From Tubulanus polymorphus (taxonomy: Eukaryota > Animalia > Nemertea), in NCBI RefSeq assembly GCF_964204645.1, contig NC_134028.1, forward strand, positions 13,377,263 to 13,441,262: a DNA stretch of 64,000 nucleotides. Direction: 5' to 3'. The translations under genes and the position numbers were made by a program. The notes under the pieces are model-generated. The model was not told the origin of the DNA and searched no databases. It was given only the letters and a program-made list of their open reading frames with translations. Positions 59,662 through 64,000 of the stretch are shown here, in pieces (within the stretch, counting starts at the first letter, position 1; the number at the start of each line of letters is the position of its first letter).

Positions 59662-61355
59662 ATGGATGTAGAAGGTGGAGAAGATATTCCATTGGATCCT
59701 TTAGATGAACCTAGTATAAGTGATGAACAACAACCTGATTTTAGTGAAACGAGTTTTAGTAATGATAATAAAACAGAATATAATACTAATTTAGGTGAAG
59801 ATGATTATGATGATGATTATGATGATGATGATTCCGAATTACGTGAAAAATTATATAAATATTTAAAAGCTCCTGAAATTGGTAGAATTTCAACTAGAAG
59901 AGAAAGAGAAGAATTTATGAAACTATTAGTAGAACAACAAGAAAAATATCCTGATGAACATTTGGAATTATATAAAATGAAATCTAGAGTAACAGATACA
60001 ATTGTTAACGAATTATTACCAATAGTTGTATTACATGAAATTGATACTGAAGATGTTGTAGAACAAAAAAGATTAAAGATGACATACATTTCACGAATAA
60101 TTTAGAATTTAAAGATGATGCATGGTATTATAATCTTGATTTAAATAGGAATATTGTAACAATTCAATTATCTATAAAGGGTCAAGAAAATATTCATGAA
60201 CCTGAAATGCGAGCAAGATCTACAATTAAAGGTTCAAAAGGCGGTAGAGAATTTCTAAGAATTATATGGAATGCACTCAATAGAATAAATGAAGAAGAAC
60301 CAATTCCTAAAATTGATATAAACAAATATTCACCATTTAAAAATCCATTTAAAAATCCAAATCCTACTGATTTTGATCCAGAAATGGAAGAGAATAGAGA
60401 TCGATTAGATAGATTAAGATCTTCAACACCCGAAACATCGAGAAGAGACACTCAACCAATTGATAATTATTCAAGTCAATTACAATTAGAAAAACAAATT
60501 GATAGATTAAGAGATTCAGAAAAAGAGATGAATAGCGCTGGAATAAATCGACTGCAATATTTACTAGAAAAAGGATTTCTTAATTTAACTGATGAAGAAT
60601 TAGAAGCATTTCCTGAACAAATACGTAGAGAAATTAAAGGTATACAAGTATCAGCTGATGAAATTGCTAATATTAAGATGAGATTTTTAAAAATAACCAT
60701 GTTAGAAAAAGAATTAACTAATGCAGATGAAGAATTAAAACAATTAGAATTAAATAGAGATCTTAATGTAATTTATGAAGCTGATTATGAAAGCAGAAAG
60801 TTAGCTTTAGTAAAAGAAATAGATGATTTAGAATATAACATAAAATTACAAAAAGAAGAAAGAGATATATTATTAAAATCATATGATCTTAATCATATTA
60901 AAAAATTAAAAGTTATTTTTAAAGATTTGTTGATAAAACCAGATTCTAAAATATCATTAAAAGACAGAATAAGATTATTATTTAAGTTAGAAGGAATAAC
61001 AATTCTTTCAATTCTAACAGCTGTAACCATGTTATTTACAACAATTGGTTTAGCTATATCAAATGCTTTGAAATCTACTCCTACTCCTAACAAACCGGAT
61101 AAACCACCGAGTAATAATTCTATACAAGATAAAGTTAAAGATGGTTTAAAGAAATTAGCAAAATATTTATGGGAACTATCTAAAAAATCTGCTGCAGCAT
61201 TGCCAGGAGTGTTTGCATCAATTGTTGGTTTTATATTGAAATCTGCAGGAAACATTATTAACTTTGCTGCTGAACATATTATTTTATTTTTAATTACAGT
61301 TGTAAGTGCTATTATTTTTGGTTTAGTGAATATGATATCAAAAGATATCAAGTAA
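59662..61355 (+). pseudogene. Homologue of the 487-aa candidate membrane-penetration protein (frameshift near 60085)
   Basis: C-terminal ~130 aa nearly identical to copy 1; N-terminal half not alignable by eye. Confidence 0.75.
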
Positions 61356-61409
61356 ACATGATATCAAAAGATATCAAGTAAACATGATATCAAAAGATAT
61401 CAAGTAAAC
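61332..61409 (+). repeat. Three tandem copies of the 26-bp unit atgatatcaaaagatatcaagtaaac
   Basis: Directly visible; absent from copy 1. Confidence 0.9.
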
Positions 61410-61446
61410 CTGATAAAAAATAAATAATTAATTTTTTGTTAAATAA

Positions 61447-62693
61447 ATGAGTGGGAGTTATATCAATCCTTCTAAGAATCATAGAATATCTAATGCTATT
61501 AAAGCAGAAAGATCACATCATATAATTACTCATAACCCTTCAAATATTAATCCCGATGAAACTTTATATGTTAGAATTCCGAGATTAACACAAAATACTT
61601 TTTATGTTCCAAATAGTATTGATTTATCGGCCGATATAAAAGTAATCGGTAATAATAATAATTATGTTGTTGATAATGTTGGAAGATATTTGATTAAAAA
61701 GTTAACAATAAAGATTGGTCCAGAAACAGTTTTCTCATTAGATGATTATAATTTATTTATGCATTATAAAGATTTATGGTTAACTAAAGAAAATAGAAAT
61801 AATATGATATTTCAAGGCATCCAATCAGAAAACCAAAATAAATTAAGATCAGAAGCTAATAGCGCAATATTAACTAATGCTGTAGATAAGTTGATAAAAA
61901 GTATATATGGAACCAAATATAAAATTCCATTAGACTTTGAATTGATAAATAATAATGCACCTTTATATAAATACGCAATTCAAGAAGATATTATATTTGA
62001 GATAACATTTGCTCCTGTAAATGAAATTGTATTATCTAGCGTTAATAAAGATATGAGTTATAAATTATCGAATATATGTTTAGAATATGATACAGTAACT
62101 GATGAAAATATTTCAAGTATAATTCAAACTAAATACAATCAAGGATTTTCATTATTATATGATTACATTGATAAATTTAAAACCGTAACTATTAATGCAA
62201 ATGATGAAATAATTAATGAGAATATTAACTTCCCAAGAAGATCTATTAAAGGCATATTAATATTTTTTACCATTGCAACATATACTAATGGCGCAATAAA
62301 TGTTGATAATTATTATAATCCTGAAATGACAAAAGTAGAAATAACTATCGAAGGAATAGCAAATAAATTATTTTGTCAAGGAATGAGAATGATTGATCAA
62401 TGGCCAGAAATTAGAAAACATTGTATGAATGAAAAAGTAAAATCATCTGAAATTGTAACATTAATCAAATTGATTATTATACCGGCAATAGATATGCATT
62501 ATGGTTAGATTTTAGAACAACAGAGGATAATTCACTACATGGTTCTGGAAAAAAATTACAAAACACTAAAGATGGAATACAATTATTCATGACAAAGAAT
62601 AAAGGAATCAAAAATTTTAAAATGCACATTTATATTATATCTGACGCGCAATTAAATATTGTAAATTCTCAATTGAATAGTGTTATGTATTAA
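61447..62693 (+). pseudogene. Major capsid protein, 1-bp deletion at ~62450
   Basis: Colinear with 33095-34346. Confidence 0.8.
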
Positions 62694-62725
62694 AATTTTA
62701 ACTTTAATAAAAATATATATAATAA

Positions 62726-63523
62726 ATGGAAGGAGGTAAAGTATATAAACATATTCCATACATCGATACACATGAAAATAATGACGGTTTATATTATGTA
62801 ATACCTTGTAATATAGCTTTGATATTTGATCCTATTTTCAAAAATTATAAAACTAAACTAATAGATATCGATAATAATAAAAGTGAAGTTGTTGATAATT
62901 TAAGTAATGTAATTGATAATAATGTAATACCTACTACAGTAATACCTACTACTTCTAATAATGTAATACATTCTACATCTAATAATGCAATAATATTAAA
63001 TGTTAGTAAAAGTAGAAATTATTGTGAATTATTGTAAAGGTGAATTTTCAAACGCTCCATCAAATTGGAATAAACATATGAATACAAATTCACATATTAC
63101 TAATGTTATAGAACGTGTTGGTTTAAAAGAATTTATAGAACACCCATTTAGATATGTTACAAAGTTTGTTTCAAATAAAAAAGTAAATGGTAAAGAATTA
63201 TATGAAGATTTTTTATTAGCAACACCTAATAAAGATGAATAAGATTTAACCGATGCTAATGAAATATTAGGATCAAACACTGTAAATGAAATATTAGTAG
63301 CAAACACTAATAAAGATTCTATGAAACATAAAGTAGAAAATAATGATAACTTTGATTGGATGAATAAGCATAACAATGAAACAACTATTGATGATTCGGT
63401 AAAAAAGGTGAAAAATAAGTATAAAAATTATGAAGAAAAGATACGGTAGAGAAATTGAATAGCTTGTTAGGGTCTGATAGTGAAAGTGATTCAGAAAGTA
63501 ATTATCTAACACTCAAAAAGTAA
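62726..63523 (+). pseudogene. VIPTT-repeat/C2H2 protein, disrupted
   Basis: Homologue of 34379-35365. Confidence 0.7.
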
Positions 63524-63679
63524 TAAAGGTTGAAAATTGTATAAAATAATAGTAAATAAAAAAGGGGGTTTTAAGTATTTAAGGTATCTAATAGGGTATC
63601 AGGTATTAGGGTATCAGGTATTAGGGTATCTAATGGGGTATCAGGTATTGGGGTATCTAATACATAGATATATAAATAG

Positions 63680-63895
63680 TTATTTTATAAATTTATATTC
63701 ATAGGGAAATTGTAGTCTCAGTAATAATTTTGAACCTTTATTATTCTTTAATTTATTCATATATTCATCATCTAATTCAGTAGGTATAATTTGATTTTCT
63801 TCCAATGATTGTTGCATAGATTTTTTATCTTTGTTATAAAATAAAACTAGAAATCTTATATTCTCCCTAAAGTCTTTAACAATTGAATTATATTT
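63680..63895 (-). pseudogene. 3' end of the packaging ATPase, interrupted by a duplication of sequence from 63428 onward
   Basis: Matches 35521-35737; from 63896 the sequence repeats 63428-63532. Confidence 0.8.
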
Positions 63896-64000
63896 TTATG
63901 AAGAAAAGATACGGTAGAGAAATTGAATAGCTTGTTAGGGTCTGATAGTGAAAGTGATTCAGAAAGTAATTATCTAACACTCAAAAAGTAATAAAGGTTG

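Larger units (their letters stand above)
51291..64000 (+). mobile_element. Polinton copy 2 (diverged subfamily, runs off the window)
   Basis: AGTAATAGGG terminus with a 192-bp hairpin (51291-51482); same gene order as copy 1. Confidence 0.96.

Overview
Eukaryotic (metazoan, probably marine invertebrate) genomic DNA dominated by nested mobile elements. The only host gene recognised is a UBALD-like gene (two exons, minus strand, 13976-14804). Left to right the window holds: BEL/Pao relics with piggyBac-type MITEs; a decayed ISL2EU-like transposon (SWIM-YqaJ gene plus DDE transposase); a Polinton terminal fragment; Helentron-type non-autonomous elements carrying a ~155-bp tandem array; an intact-frame APE-RT LINE; and a Gypsy element (20212-44871, both LTRs, CCGC TSD). 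The Gypsy RNase H is split by a ~17.8-kb, very AT-rich Polinton/adintovirus (23262-41021). A ~940-bp-arm inverted repeat follows, then a second diverged Polinton that runs off the end (51291->64000). The most unusual signals belong to this Polinton family: (i) each terminus is itself a long imperfect hairpin, seen in three variants with mirrored substitutions and conserved mismatches; (ii) nearly every gene starts at a poxvirus-late-like TAAATG, with two upstream motif classes; (iii) there is no recognisable adenain protease, but there is an NCLDV-type HNH gene; (iv) a polB-less derivative is present. Together these suggest a hairpin-ended, possibly helper-virus-dependent (virophage-like) endogenous virus; this is inference. 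All assignments were made by eye from motifs; no database searches were run.
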